Made by a program: the position numbers and the translations under genes. Below are positions 48,468-58,728 of a DNA stretch of 64,000 nt, piece after piece. The first letter of the stretch is position 1. Each line of letters opens with the position of its first letter. Origin of the DNA: a candidate division WOR-3 bacterium (GTDB lineage Bacteria > Hydrothermota > Tepidihabitantia > SM23-42). The DNA is taken from positions 1,885,789 to 1,949,788 of the forward strand of contig CP070705.1 in NCBI GenBank assembly GCA_020349965.1. The letters run 5' to 3'. The notes under the pieces are model-generated. The model made no database searches. It was not told the origin of the DNA and saw only the letters and a program-made list of their open reading frames with translations.

Positions 48468-49778
48468 ATGGACAGATTAATTGAATCCGCCAAACTTCAC
48501 AGCGATGCATTTGAAATATACAAGCTGGATGAGAGTCGGAATACTATTGAATTCGAAGACGGAAAGTTAAAGGATATCGAGAGCACAATCCACGCCGGCG
48601 TCGCGCTCCGAATCATCAAAGACCGGAGAGCCGGATTCGCCTATACGAAAAATGTGAGTAATAACGAAGCGTTGGTGCTTAACGCCGTTGACACAATAAA
48701 AGGCGGAGTCGAAGCACCTTATGATTTTCCCCATACGAAATCAGTGCCGACGCTCAATACCTATGACGCGGCTATCGAAGACGTGACGAACACCACAATC
48801 GTCGATGAATGCAGACGCATTAACGCCTTAATGACAAGCAAAGTCAATGGTCAGATCAATATCGACGCTGGAACATCGATATCCGGCATCAAAATAAGAA
48901 ATTCATCTGGCGCCAATCTTTCGACGAGGACTTCTTACTACGCTATTACCATCAGCATATTATATCCAGAATCGGCAACCGGTATAGAACGTTCCCTCGA
49001 ATTCAAAAAGTTTGAAGAGGTCGATGATTCATTCTTAAACAATCTGATCGACCTTTATAATAGAAGCGAGAGGGAGATCAACACGGCCGGCGGCCGTATG
49101 AAGATTCTATTCATGCCTGAAGCCATGTACACACTGATCTGGCGTTTGCAGAACGCAGTAAGCGGTGAATCTTTGTATCACGGTCAATCACCGCTCGCTG
49201 GAAAGCTGAACACGGATATCTTCAGCAAGCAACTATCAATCATCGACAATCCAATCGATGACAGCCGCCCCGGTGCGCGCGCATTCGATGATGAAGGCGT
49301 ACCATGCAAAGAACTCGTGATCGTCGACAAGGGCACCCTCACCAATTACTACTATGATCTTTTTTATGCTGCAAAAATGAAAGCCAAGCCTAATGGAAGG
49401 GGATTCAAAACCTTACGCTGGAACGATGACAGGATCTCAGTGAAACCGGTGCCGACGCTCACCAGCCTCTCCATCGAACCGGGTGCCACCGGGTTCGAGC
49501 AGCTCATTGGCTCCATGCAGCGCGGCATCATTGTATGCGGAGCGCTGGGCGCTCATAGTGGAAATATTCCCAATGGGGATTTTTCGATCGGCCTTTCCCC
49601 CGGCTTGTATGTTGAAGGTGGCCAAATCGTCGGGCGGATAAAGGATGCAATGATCGCCGGAAATATATACTCAATCATGAATCGAGTCATAGACATCGAA
49701 GACAGTCTTCATCCGGCCTATACCGGTTATTATCCGGCGGTGTTGTTCGATGACATTAATGTCGCCACGAAAAGCTAG
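48468..49778 (+). CDS. pmbA: TldE/PmbA-family protein, pair 1 partner
   Basis: 436 aa. Same fold without the HExxxH motif. Adjacent to and 2 nt from tldD. Confidence 0.8.
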   Translation: MDRLIESAKLHSDAFEIYKLDESRNTIEFEDGKLKDIESTIHAGVALRIIKDRRAGFAYTKNVSNNEALVLNAVDTIKGGVEAPYDFPHTKSVPTLNTYDAAIEDVTNTTIVDECRRINALMTSKVNGQINIDAGTSISGIKIRNSSGANLSTRTSYYAITISILYPESATGIERSLEFKKFEEVDDSFLNNLIDLYNRSEREINTAGGRMKILFMPEAMYTLIWRLQNAVSGESLYHGQSPLAGKLNTDIFSKQLSIIDNPIDDSRPGARAFDDEGVPCKELVIVDKGTLTNYYYDLFYAAKMKAKPNGRGFKTLRWNDDRISVKPVPTLTSLSIEPGATGFEQLIGSMQRGIIVCGALGAHSGNIPNGDFSIGLSPGLYVEGGQIVGRIKDAMIAGNIYSIMNRVIDIEDSLHPAYTGYYPAVLFDDINVATKS

Positions 49779-49878
49779 CCTTTTCAGGACCTACTGTCTC
49801 CGGACGGCCATCCGTTAGATTTGCTTCAAGAAAAATGTTTTCCGTGCGACCTAGTTTCTAATCTAACACTGGGCAAAG

Positions 49879-50781
49879 ATGCAGTCGTTCCTCCCCTTTC
49901 TCGGTGAGGCACTCTCCTTGCTCACGGCGATCACGTGGGCGCTCGCCGTTACGCTGTTCAGGAAGAGCGGAGAGACCGTCCACCCTCTTGCCCTCAATAC
50001 ATTCAAGAACATCCTAGCGCTTTTATTACTCATACCTACGATTTGGCTGTTTGGCCACACCATTTGGTATGGAACCTCGCCAAGGGCTTATATTATACTC
50101 TTCATCAGCGGTGCGGTCGGTATCGGAATAGGTGATACCCTCTTCTTCCATGCATTGAACAGGTTAGGTGCCGGGCTAACCGGTCTCGTCGTTTGCATGT
50201 ACAGCCCCTTCATCATTACCTTCTCGCATATCTGGCTCAGCGAAAATTTGGCAAAGATACAGCTGGTGGGCGCCCTTCTGATAATCTCAGCCGTTCTACT
50301 CACTTCGCTGCGACGGAAGCGATCAACCGTTGTCCCTGCACACACGTGGCTCTCAGGCATCATATTCGGCATCCTTGCATCCGCAGCAATGGCTGCCGGC
50401 GTGGTCCTGATGAAACCGCTCCTGGCCTCTCATCCCGTAGCCTGGGTTGCGGAGATCCGTCTTTTAGGCGGAATGACTGCCCTGGTATTAATATTCTCCT
50501 TTTACCCCAGCAGAAAGAAAATAGTTGCATCTCTGTTGAATACAAGAAACTGGCACTATACACTGGGGGGATCTTTCATGGGAGCTTATCTCTCAATGCT
50601 ATTATGGATTGGTGGCATGAAACACACACTCGCATCGACGGCTTCGGCTTTAAATCAGACAAGCACGATATTCATCTTCATCTTTGCGGGGCTTTTCTTA
50701 AAAGAACCGATGACTCTCCGCCGGACGATCGCCATCTCTCTTGCTTTCGCCGGTGCCTTTCTCGTATCGTTTTTCAGGTAG
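49879..50781 (+). CDS. EamA/DMT-family transporter
   Basis: 300 aa, 10 TM helices, two EamA repeats. Confidence 0.75.
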   Translation: MQSFLPFLGEALSLLTAITWALAVTLFRKSGETVHPLALNTFKNILALLLLIPTIWLFGHTIWYGTSPRAYIILFISGAVGIGIGDTLFFHALNRLGAGLTGLVVCMYSPFIITFSHIWLSENLAKIQLVGALLIISAVLLTSLRRKRSTVVPAHTWLSGIIFGILASAAMAAGVVLMKPLLASHPVAWVAEIRLLGGMTALVLIFSFYPSRKKIVASLLNTRNWHYTLGGSFMGAYLSMLLWIGGMKHTLASTASALNQTSTIFIFIFAGLFLKEPMTLRRTIAISLAFAGAFLVSFFR

Positions 50782-51613
50782 TCACAGACCGGGCAAAATC
50801 CTCAGGGTCAAACTCGACAATATCTTCTATGCCCTCACCCACCCCGAGGTACAGTACGGGCAGTCGTAATTCGTTACATATTGGAATAATCGCTCCGCCC
50901 TTTGCAGTACCATCAAATTTCGTCAGCACCAAGCCATTGACCGCGATTGCCTCGGTGAATATCTTTGCCTGTTGAATAGAATTCTGACCGAGGTTCGCAT
51001 CGATCGTTAGTATATTATAGTCAGGCCCGTCCGGTCTGAATTTGATGATTACACGCACTATCTTTTTCAACTCTTCCATGAGATCCGCTCGTGTGTGTAG
51101 CCTACCTGCTGTGTCAATCACGACATGACTGTTCTTCTTAGCAAACGCTTTGGACATAGCATCATGGACAACAGCCGCAGCATCTTGTCCTCGCTGAGAA
51201 GCGACTATTTCGACGCCTGCCCTCTGTGCCCAGATATTCAGCTGTTCATGTGCTGCATCACGATAGGTGTCTCCACTGACCAACAACACAGTACCCGCCT
51301 TTCGATGCAGATTGGCTAGTTTCGCCGCGGTCGTTGTCTTGCCCGAACCGTTCACACCGCTCACCATCGTGATAACAGGGGCTTCGACCCCACGGCTTGG
51401 ACGGGGTTGAGACAACAGACTGGCGATCTCTTCCCGCAACGCCATGATGCGATCGCCCTCGGCCCTCTCTAATTTTGCCCTGATAACCTCAGCATACTTG
51501 ACGCCGACATCGGCTTGGATGAGAATCTCCACAACGGAACGAAGAGGTACACCGCCAGTTTGTCTGAAAATGGATCTGATGCGGGAAAGAGCAGGTAAGA
51601 AGTTCTTTATCAA
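50774..51613 (-). CDS. ftsY: Signal recognition particle receptor FtsY (NG domain only)
   Basis: GVNGSGKTTTAAKLA and DTAGRLH motifs. 279 aa. Confidence 0.85.
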   Translation of the reverse strand: MIKNFLPALSRIRSIFRQTGGVPLRSVVEILIQADVGVKYAEVIRAKLERAEGDRIMALREEIASLLSQPRPSRGVEAPVITMVSGVNGSGKTTTAAKLANLHRKAGTVLLVSGDTYRDAAHEQLNIWAQRAGVEIVASQRGQDAAAVVHDAMSKAFAKKNSHVVIDTAGRLHTRADLMEELKKIVRVIIKFRPDGPDYNILTIDANLGQNSIQQAKIFTEAIAVNGLVLTKFDGTAKGGAIIPICNELRLPVLYLGVGEGIEDIVEFDPEDFARSVTT

Positions 51614-51638
51614 GGTCAGATGCAGGGTTCCCGGAAAT

Positions 51639-54600
51639 TCAATTCTGTTCTTCCAGCGAACTTATCTTCTCGAGATCGGCCAGCTTCGCGGATATGATCT
51701 TGCTTTCCCTCGGTTTTTCCATGGTCAGACCATAGAGATAGTCGGCGTACTCCATGGTTGCCCGGTTATGAGTGATGATTACGACCTGCGTTCTCTGTGA
51801 CAAATCACGAAGAAATTTGTTGAACCTCACGACATTTATGTCATCGAGCGGTGCGTCGATTTCATCCAGTATGCAGAACGGCGCAGGTTTAACTAGATAG
51901 AATGCAAGAAGAAGACTGATCGCCAACAATGTTTTCTGCCCGCCTGAAAGTTGATTGATCGTTTTCAATTTTCTACCCAACATCCGTACAACGATCTCTA
52001 CTTTACTAGCCAATGGGTTCTCAGGGTCGGTCAGTACAAGATCGGCCTCGCCGTCCTGGAAGAAATTGGCGAATACGTAGTTGAATTCCTTCTTCACCAA
52101 GTCGAAAGTCTCATTGAACCGGTCGCGCGCCCGCTGATCCAATTCTTCGATCGACTTCAGGAGATTCTCCTTGGCGGCGATGATATCGTCGCGCTGCCCC
52201 AGGAACTCATCGAGTCTTTTCTTTTCTTCTTCATATGCCTGGAGACTCAGGGGATTCACTTCCCCCAGTTTTTCAAGCCGCCCTTTCACTTCGGATAGCC
52301 TTGTCGGGGCATCGATTATTTCCTCTTCCGGCTTATAGTCACCGAGAATGACGTTGAATTCTTCTTCAGCCTTATGGATGAGATCATCTCGTTGGTGTTT
52401 CTTCTCGAACAGTTGATATTTCAGCTGCATGATACCATCCTGCATACTCTCATGGTCCTTCTGTTTTATCGTCAGCTGGTCATAAACCAGACCAAGACTC
52501 TTGCTGTATTCCTCAAGCAGATGGTCCGGCAACTTCGCCTCGTGCGCGGATTTTTCTTCCCGTTTCTGGTTGAGTTCTCTTTTTAGCTCATTTATTGATT
52601 CTGTCATTTGATCGACGTTGCCCGGAAGTGACCGTTCGCGCAAATTTCGTATCTCCGAATCGGCACTGGCTATTTCGCCTTTCAATTGCTCTATCGATTG
52701 GGCGACACTGTCCCTTTTGCCGACAAAGACCGCTTTGTCGGTGGCAATACCATTGAGTTCAGAAACCGTATCGTCAATTCTGCTCTTCAACTGATGGAGG
52801 GTCTTGCTCAAACTCTGGCTTTCGTTCGTCGTTTTCGTCTTCTCCTCTTCCATCTGCGCGACCTTTTTCTCCATTTCTTCAAGATGACTGTTGATCGTTT
52901 CAATCTCATTCTGCAAGACCGAACGCTCTTCTTGAATGTGAGCAAGTTCTAATTCCCTATTTTCGAATTCCTTTTTTGCCTCCTGGAGTCTAAGTGAAAA
53001 TTCCGACTTTTTGACATTGACCGCGAATAGTTCGTTTCGCACATCATCGATCTTCTTCTTCGTATCTGCAATCTCCCCGGTAGCCCGGTTCTTCTCCTGG
53101 GTCATAAAGAGTGCCTCATTTCGTAATACTTCCATCTTCTCCTTGAATTCTTCTAGACTCTGAGTGATCCTGAAGAATCCAACATCGCCCCGCTGAACAA
53201 CTATGGTGCCGTTTCTGAACAGACACCCATCTGATGTGACAAAACCAAGTTCAGGATGTTCCTCGGACAATCTTCTTGCTACAGCGAAATCGTCAACGAA
53301 GAGATACTCATCGAGGTAACGTCCACATATCTCCTCCGCCGATTTGAATTTCACATATTTCCTGATCGGAGTTGCACCGTCTATACCCACGCCTCTCTGG
53401 GGGCTTATATCGCGCTCCATATCAATAAATCCAAACCGTCCCTCCGGACAATTGGCAAGATCAGACGGACCGAACTCCTTCAGCAGATAGAAAACGAGCA
53501 GATCGCTCAGACAGACATCGATGATCGATTCGTACCCTGACACCACCTCGATGCTGTCTTTGAACATACCGAACACCCTTTCCCCGAATTTCTCTTTTAT
53601 CGCCTTTTTGCCTTCCACCTGAAGCCGGCGGCTCAGTGTGTCGATCATGATTCGACAATCGGCAATACCGTCATTACGTGTCGCGAGGTTACTCTCCAGC
53701 TCACTGACCGCCTCCTCGAGCTGGCTCTCCTTTTGGTAAAGCGCCTTCAACCTACCATCCGTCTCTTCTTGCTGCTCGACGGTGCCATCCAATTTCTGTT
53801 CCAGCTCCTTGCGTGCATATCGCAGTCTATCCACAATACTCTGTTCATTGGATGCTTCATCGGCCATACGCGACAACATACTTTCCTTGTTTTCCCTATC
53901 ATACTTCAATTTTGCCATTACACTCTGTGCTTCAATGATTGCGGCGGCACTCACCGTAACTCTTTCTTCGTTTTCCCTCAATGATTTTTCGGTCGAAAAA
54001 TATTCCGAATTCATCGCTTCGATACGACCCTGCACATCTTCTATTCTGGATTGAAGTTCTTGAAGCTGGCCAAGAATCGCATCTCGTTCTTGCTCGCTCT
54101 TAATCATGCGCCTCTTGTTGTTGTTAACCAACTCCTCCTTTTCCTTGATACTAGTAAGCACCCTTTCGGAGAGTATTGTATTGCTTCGCATTTCTTCTTC
54201 TTTCTCGGCAATACGGCTTTGCAGGACTTCTATAGCATCAATGAACTCGTTTATTCGGACGAGATTGCCTTTCTTTTCGTTCTCAGCATTCTCGATCGAC
54301 TTCTTCAATTGCTCACGTTCATCTTCCAGTTGTCTGATCGAATGCAGCAGCGATTGCCTTTCGCCTTCCCTTGCGTCAACTCTCTCCTGAATCGCACTTA
54401 TTTCATCAAGCGCCACCCGGAGTTCACTCGCCATGATGTATAACTTCAGATCTCTATAATCAGTCCTTAGTTCGTTATACAACCGAGCCTGGCGGACTTG
54501 CCTCTTGAGACTCCTCAAACCGCGCTGCATCTCCGCAATAATGTCATCGAGCCTCAGCAAATCCTGCTCGGTTGCAACAAGCCGCCTCTTTGTCTGTTCT

Positions 54601-55103
54601 TTTCTCTCTTGATACTTTAGTATGCCCGCAACGTCATCGAACATCTCCTTTGTGTTGCCATGTATTATGCGTTCAACCTCGGCCAACTCGAGAAACGAAT
54701 AGGTTAGAGCGCCGGAGTTAAGGAAAAGCGCCTGGATGTCCTGTAGGCGGCACTTCACGCGATTGAGATAGAATTCACTCTCCCCGGTTCTATAAAATCG
54801 GCGCTTGATCTCGAATTCGCTACCGAACTGCGGAAAATAATCCTCATTATCGATCGTGACTGCTACTTCAGTGAAGCTAGCATCTTCCTTAGTCTCCGAA
54901 GATATGTAGATCAGATCCTCGATCTTCTCGCAACGCAGTGCTTTCATGCTCTGTTCGCCGAATACCCATCTCAGCGCATCGAAGATATTCGACTTCCCGC
55001 TTCCATTAGGTCCTACAAAAGCCGTCACGCCGGTATCTAACAATACCTTTGTCTCGTCACGAAATGACTTGAAGCCGTAGAGTTTAATCTCTTTTATCTT
55101 CAT
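51639..55103 (-). CDS. smc: Chromosome segregation protein SMC
   Basis: 1154 aa. Walker A GPNGSGKSN. Long coiled coils with hinge. C-terminal LSGGQKTLLAISLLLA signature and ILDEIDAPLDD Walker B. Confidence 0.9.
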   Translation of the reverse strand: MKIKEIKLYGFKSFRDETKVLLDTGVTAFVGPNGSGKSNIFDALRWVFGEQSMKALRCEKIEDLIYISSETKEDASFTEVAVTIDNEDYFPQFGSEFEIKRRFYRTGESEFYLNRVKCRLQDIQALFLNSGALTYSFLELAEVERIIHGNTKEMFDDVAGILKYQERKEQTKRRLVATEQDLLRLDDIIAEMQRGLRSLKRQVRQARLYNELRTDYRDLKLYIMASELRVALDEISAIQERVDAREGERQSLLHSIRQLEDEREQLKKSIENAENEKKGNLVRINEFIDAIEVLQSRIAEKEEEMRSNTILSERVLTSIKEKEELVNNNKRRMIKSEQERDAILGQLQELQSRIEDVQGRIEAMNSEYFSTEKSLRENEERVTVSAAAIIEAQSVMAKLKYDRENKESMLSRMADEASNEQSIVDRLRYARKELEQKLDGTVEQQEETDGRLKALYQKESQLEEAVSELESNLATRNDGIADCRIMIDTLSRRLQVEGKKAIKEKFGERVFGMFKDSIEVVSGYESIIDVCLSDLLVFYLLKEFGPSDLANCPEGRFGFIDMERDISPQRGVGIDGATPIRKYVKFKSAEEICGRYLDEYLFVDDFAVARRLSEEHPELGFVTSDGCLFRNGTIVVQRGDVGFFRITQSLEEFKEKMEVLRNEALFMTQEKNRATGEIADTKKKIDDVRNELFAVNVKKSEFSLRLQEAKKEFENRELELAHIQEERSVLQNEIETINSHLEEMEKKVAQMEEEKTKTTNESQSLSKTLHQLKSRIDDTVSELNGIATDKAVFVGKRDSVAQSIEQLKGEIASADSEIRNLRERSLPGNVDQMTESINELKRELNQKREEKSAHEAKLPDHLLEEYSKSLGLVYDQLTIKQKDHESMQDGIMQLKYQLFEKKHQRDDLIHKAEEEFNVILGDYKPEEEIIDAPTRLSEVKGRLEKLGEVNPLSLQAYEEEKKRLDEFLGQRDDIIAAKENLLKSIEELDQRARDRFNETFDLVKKEFNYVFANFFQDGEADLVLTDPENPLASKVEIVVRMLGRKLKTINQLSGGQKTLLAISLLLAFYLVKPAPFCILDEIDAPLDDINVVRFNKFLRDLSQRTQVVIITHNRATMEYADYLYGLTMEKPRESKIISAKLADLEKISSLEEQN

Positions 55104-55127
55104 CTGCGGACTCTTTCTGGAACCAAC

Positions 55128-56075
55128 CTATCCTTCATCACCAAGGTAGATTTCCCTTTCCAGGAAAGGATGGTAATCACTCCACTGCTTGTTCTTCCCT
55201 CGATTTTTCGCATAAACCTGTCTTATCATTTCCATTTTAGAGTCAATGTTATCCGCATAGTGCAGCACAAGCGCCTCCGGGAATAACGGCTGCTTCGGTG
55301 ACCCCCACGCTATCTCTCCGTGATGTGACAGTATCATATGTATTGTTTTCGATTTCAGATCTTCTGGAAAACCCTTTATCCGATCTGCTCGCTTTGAAAC
55401 CATCTCACTACCAATTACTATATGGCCCAGCAGCCTCCCCTTATGAGAAATACTGATATTCTTCTTGTACGAATACTCATAGATCTTACCCACATCGTGC
55501 AAAATGCCGCCTGTGATGAGCAAATCCTGATTAAGGAAATCGAAAACAGGCTGAATGCTCTGCAGTAGTCGCAGCACGCTCAATGTGTGAACAGCCAAAC
55601 CGCCAAGATACGCATGATGTACGGTGCGTGCTGCCGGCGCCAAAGAGAAGAGTTTCACGAAATCACTGTCACCGAAGAAAGAATCGAGGAGAGCCCGGAG
55701 ATGCACGTTGCTGACTGCTCCGGCACACTCTATGATAGATTTCATTACCGCACCGATGTCTCCAGCATAGCGAGGGAGGAAATCCTCGGCGTCAATATCA
55801 CTGTCATTCGCAGCGCTCATCGAATGTACAACAATCTGCAAACGTCCGCTATACTCCGTGACGTTACCTGATACAAAGACAAAATCGTCTGCCGAAATAT
55901 CGTTGAGACTATCGCCATCCCACGAAATACCGTCAATACTACCGGTTCGATCTGAAAGTTCCAGGATCGCATACAAGCCGCCATCTTTCTTGTCTTTTAC
56001 TATCTTTTTCGTGAGCACAAAGACTTCCTTCACGGTTTGCCCTGCTTTCAGTTCAACAACGTATTGGCTCTTCAT
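55128..56075 (-). CDS. YhaM-like 3'-5' exonuclease (N-terminal OB fold plus HD phosphohydrolase domain)
   Basis: 315 aa. HD motifs HHAYLGGLAVH, HDVGK and LSHHGE. Confidence 0.7.
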   Translation of the reverse strand: MKSQYVVELKAGQTVKEVFVLTKKIVKDKKDGGLYAILELSDRTGSIDGISWDGDSLNDISADDFVFVSGNVTEYSGRLQIVVHSMSAANDSDIDAEDFLPRYAGDIGAVMKSIIECAGAVSNVHLRALLDSFFGDSDFVKLFSLAPAARTVHHAYLGGLAVHTLSVLRLLQSIQPVFDFLNQDLLITGGILHDVGKIYEYSYKKNISISHKGRLLGHIVIGSEMVSKRADRIKGFPEDLKSKTIHMILSHHGEIAWGSPKQPLFPEALVLHYADNIDSKMEMIRQVYAKNRGKNKQWSDYHPFLEREIYLGDEG

Positions 56076-56160
56076 GTTTCGAAGTAATCACACAATTGTC
56101 TTTCGCCTCAGACCACCTTTGCGTGGATTTTTTGACATCGGGATAGTAGCCAATTTACGG

Positions 56161-57159
56161 TTACTTACCTGGCGTTTCCAAATGAAGTATTTTCTTCTTT
56201 ATCAAGTCTAATTTTTCGTGCAGGGTTCTCTCTTCTTTCTTCTCGGCCTCAAGCGCAGAGAGCACTTCTTCTCGCTTCTGCGAGAGCAGATTGATTTCGG
56301 CATTCAATTGATTTTCCTCATCTTTCAATTCGCCAATGCGTTTGATCAATGCATCCTCATTTGCCTTCAGCTTTTCAATCGATTGCACGAGTGGATTGCT
56401 TTCGGCCTCCCTCTTTCTCGATTCATATTCCTCGTTAAACTTTCGCAGTTCATCCTCAGCCTCAGTGAGTTCCTTCTTGACACTATCGAGTTTGCCCTGC
56501 GCATCTTTCTGAGCACTCTTCATGGCCTCAATCTTGGGCGAAAATATCTCCTCCTGGCGTTTATTCATATCATCTACCAACTTTGATTTAATACGCCGTT
56601 TCGAGACCAGGGTAATGAAAAAAGCAAGAATCGCGACAACCGCTCCGGCCGCAATGGTCATCGGATTTCCGGAAGCAGGGAATACACCTGATGACGTCCG
56701 CGGTCTTGCTCCGATGTAAAGCACGCCCACGTTTCTCCTGGCTATTTGAATCGCGAATGCTCCTTCGAAAAGACCATTGCGTTCAACTACAACACTGGCA
56801 CCATCTGCTGCAGATACGTTCGCGCTGTATTGGTTACCGACCATCGTCTGATCGCTCGACACCAATACTTTGCCGTCGGCATCGGTAAAATGGACGAATT
56901 CAAGCTCAGGTTCATCATTCCTCAACCGCGTCACGATCTCCGTAAGATTAGCCTCGTCACCCATAATGAGTGCGTCTTCGACAAACGCAGCGTGCGCGAT
57001 AGAGTTCCCGAGACTCATGAACCTCTTCACATGAAGTTCCTTTGCACTCACCTGACCCTGAGTACCGCCCCCTGGAAACAATCTTGGGCTCAAGAAGAAG
57101 AAAGCTGTAAGAATCAAGATCAGGAGTAGTACCGCTACCGAGGTCCAACCCTTTGACAT
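56161..57159 (-). CDS. Bitopic membrane protein with a periplasmic sensor-like domain between two TM helices and a ~140 aa cytoplasmic coiled coil. No output domain.
   Basis: TM1 residues 8-25. TM2 ~165-185. The C-terminus is heptad-rich (KLDSVKKELTEAEDELRKFNEEYE...). Confidence 0.45.
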   Translation of the reverse strand: MSKGWTSVAVLLLILILTAFFFLSPRLFPGGGTQGQVSAKELHVKRFMSLGNSIAHAAFVEDALIMGDEANLTEIVTRLRNDEPELEFVHFTDADGKVLVSSDQTMVGNQYSANVSAADGASVVVERNGLFEGAFAIQIARRNVGVLYIGARPRTSSGVFPASGNPMTIAAGAVVAILAFFITLVSKRRIKSKLVDDMNKRQEEIFSPKIEAMKSAQKDAQGKLDSVKKELTEAEDELRKFNEEYESRKREAESNPLVQSIEKLKANEDALIKRIGELKDEENQLNAEINLLSQKREEVLSALEAEKKEERTLHEKLDLIKKKILHLETPGK

Positions 57160-58005
57160 CTATCCTCCGAAGCTGATCGATATGCGGTGTCCACCGCCGA
57201 GTTCAAAATAAGGTGAATACGTATAGTCGATGTTTAACCTATCCTTCCTTACCCCCATTCCCACTGTGACACCGGCGAGGAAACCGAGACCTTCAGATTC
57301 AATAGCCGATAGAAGCGTACTGTAGGAGGCCTTGAGATGCAGAAATTGGTTGACGTAGTATGCCCCGCCGAATCTGGCGCCGACACCGGACAAGGCGGGT
57401 TTCACAAGATCAACGCCGATCCAACCCGACTCGAACAGCTTTGCGGCACTGAGTGTGACCTCAAAAGGAAACATCTCTTTGGAATCAATGTAGGCTTTCA
57501 GGCCGTAGCCGATATTCTTGACTGACAATCCGACCTGAACACCCGGATCATCGATATTGTATATGGCACCAAGGTCAACGCCAATACCCAATGTATTCAG
57601 TGTATCGATCGTTCCGTAGACCGCTTTGACCGCAACGCCTATGCCGACATCTCTATACACAAAACCCTTGCCCACGCTGGCGTCAATGTGGTGAACGCCA
57701 AACGTGCCATCCTCATTCCCCAACGAATCGGTTTTTTTCATACTGCCGCTATAGAAGTAACGGACCCCAACTCCCAGTTGTCTCCGTTCATAACCCAGGT
57801 AGCCAAATTGTGTACCGTCAAAATAGTTAAGGTAGGAAAGTGAATAGAATGTATTATCCGATAGCGCCAGTCCACCAGGATTGTAGTGCACATCGTAGCC
57901 GTCATCATACAGGGCGTAACCCATACCAGCCCTGTGGGCAACTGGGTCCACGGATAGACATTCAAAACCCACCACCGATATCAATGAAAAGAGTATCACT
58001 AACAT
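57160..58005 (-). CDS. Small outer-membrane beta-barrel, FadL/PorV(OMPP1)-like N-terminal motif
   Basis: 281 aa. Signal peptide. HRAGMGYALYDDGYDVHYNPGGLA resembles the FadL/PorV N-terminal G.G.A...YNPAGL motif. Alternating hydrophobic strands. Confidence 0.45.
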   Translation of the reverse strand: MLVILFSLISVVGFECLSVDPVAHRAGMGYALYDDGYDVHYNPGGLALSDNTFYSLSYLNYFDGTQFGYLGYERRQLGVGVRYFYSGSMKKTDSLGNEDGTFGVHHIDASVGKGFVYRDVGIGVAVKAVYGTIDTLNTLGIGVDLGAIYNIDDPGVQVGLSVKNIGYGLKAYIDSKEMFPFEVTLSAAKLFESGWIGVDLVKPALSGVGARFGGAYYVNQFLHLKASYSTLLSAIESEGLGFLAGVTVGMGVRKDRLNIDYTYSPYFELGGGHRISISFGG

Positions 58006-58046
58006 TTGGCCTCCATACTGGTATTATAGCACCATTGCTTTAAAAG

Positions 58047-58460
58047 TCAAGGACCTTTGTGTGCAATGATTTCCGTAATCTTCGCTAGGAAAACTGAAGT
58101 GCGCGCAAACCTGTTATTAAGCAATTTTGCGATGAGTAAACCTAGGATGAGGCCAGCCAATCCACTCACGAGGGATGCCGTCTCATGCCAGCGACTGCCC
58201 ACAAGAAGTCCAATTACGGACAGCAGGATAGGCAAACCAAACAATAAAAATGAAGCTGCAAACGCTATGCCGGCTGACTGCACAACATATACTTCATCTT
58301 CAGGGTTTGCTCCGATATTGTTCTGGACCACCACCAAATGCCTGGAATCTGTCCCATGGCATAATCTGCGGGCATCGCAATCTTTACAGGATTCTTTCGC
58401 TTGGAAACACACCGTAGCCAGTCCGCCGCTTACTGTGACCACCCACCCCTTCTTCCTCAT
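58047..58460 (-). CDS. RseC/MucC-family membrane protein (SoxR-reducing system component-like)
   Basis: 137 aa. N-terminal Cys cluster (CFQAKESCKDCDARRLC) followed by two TM helices. Confidence 0.6.
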   Translation of the reverse strand: MRKKGWVVTVSGGLATVCFQAKESCKDCDARRLCHGTDSRHLVVVQNNIGANPEDEVYVVQSAGIAFAASFLLFGLPILLSVIGLLVGSRWHETASLVSGLAGLILGLLIAKLLNNRFARTSVFLAKITEIIAHKGP

Positions 58461-58698
58461 GCGAAATTATAGATACTATGTGCCGGATGTCAACGAAGAC
58501 CCTGCAGTACGGAAAAACACTTACCTTCTGCACCATATTCAAAGCACAAACACCAATATTTACGACAAATGGTCTAACATTCCGCGGTTGCCGCCCGTTT
58601 CGTTCCACGGCGACGTCCTACGATACCGACACGTAACCGTAGTCTCCTGAGTCGATACGGGCTTCGTCACCTATTAACGTAGACCGAGCTATAAGAGG

Positions 58699-58726
58699 TT
58701 GACCTCATTCTATATGTGGATATAAT
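58699..58726 (+). promoter_or_regulatory. Candidate promoter TTGACC-16-TATAAT. The -10 ends 5 nt before the ATG at 58732, suggesting a leaderless tldD2 transcript.
   Basis: Read directly from the sequence. Confidence 0.4.
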
Positions 58727-58728
58727 AC

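Noticed and set aside
51951-54443. Multiple 60-130 aa plus-strand ORFs inside smc
   Set aside because: These are antisense to a 1154-aa gene with intact Walker A/B and signature motifs. They are low-complexity Leu/Phe-rich translations typical of reverse-strand coiled-coil codons.
58057-58650. 197-aa plus-strand ORF spanning the RseC-like gene and the 268-bp intergenic region
   Set aside because: It is antisense to a well-supported membrane-protein gene and runs through the promoter region. It has no RBS or start context and shows no recognisable protein features.
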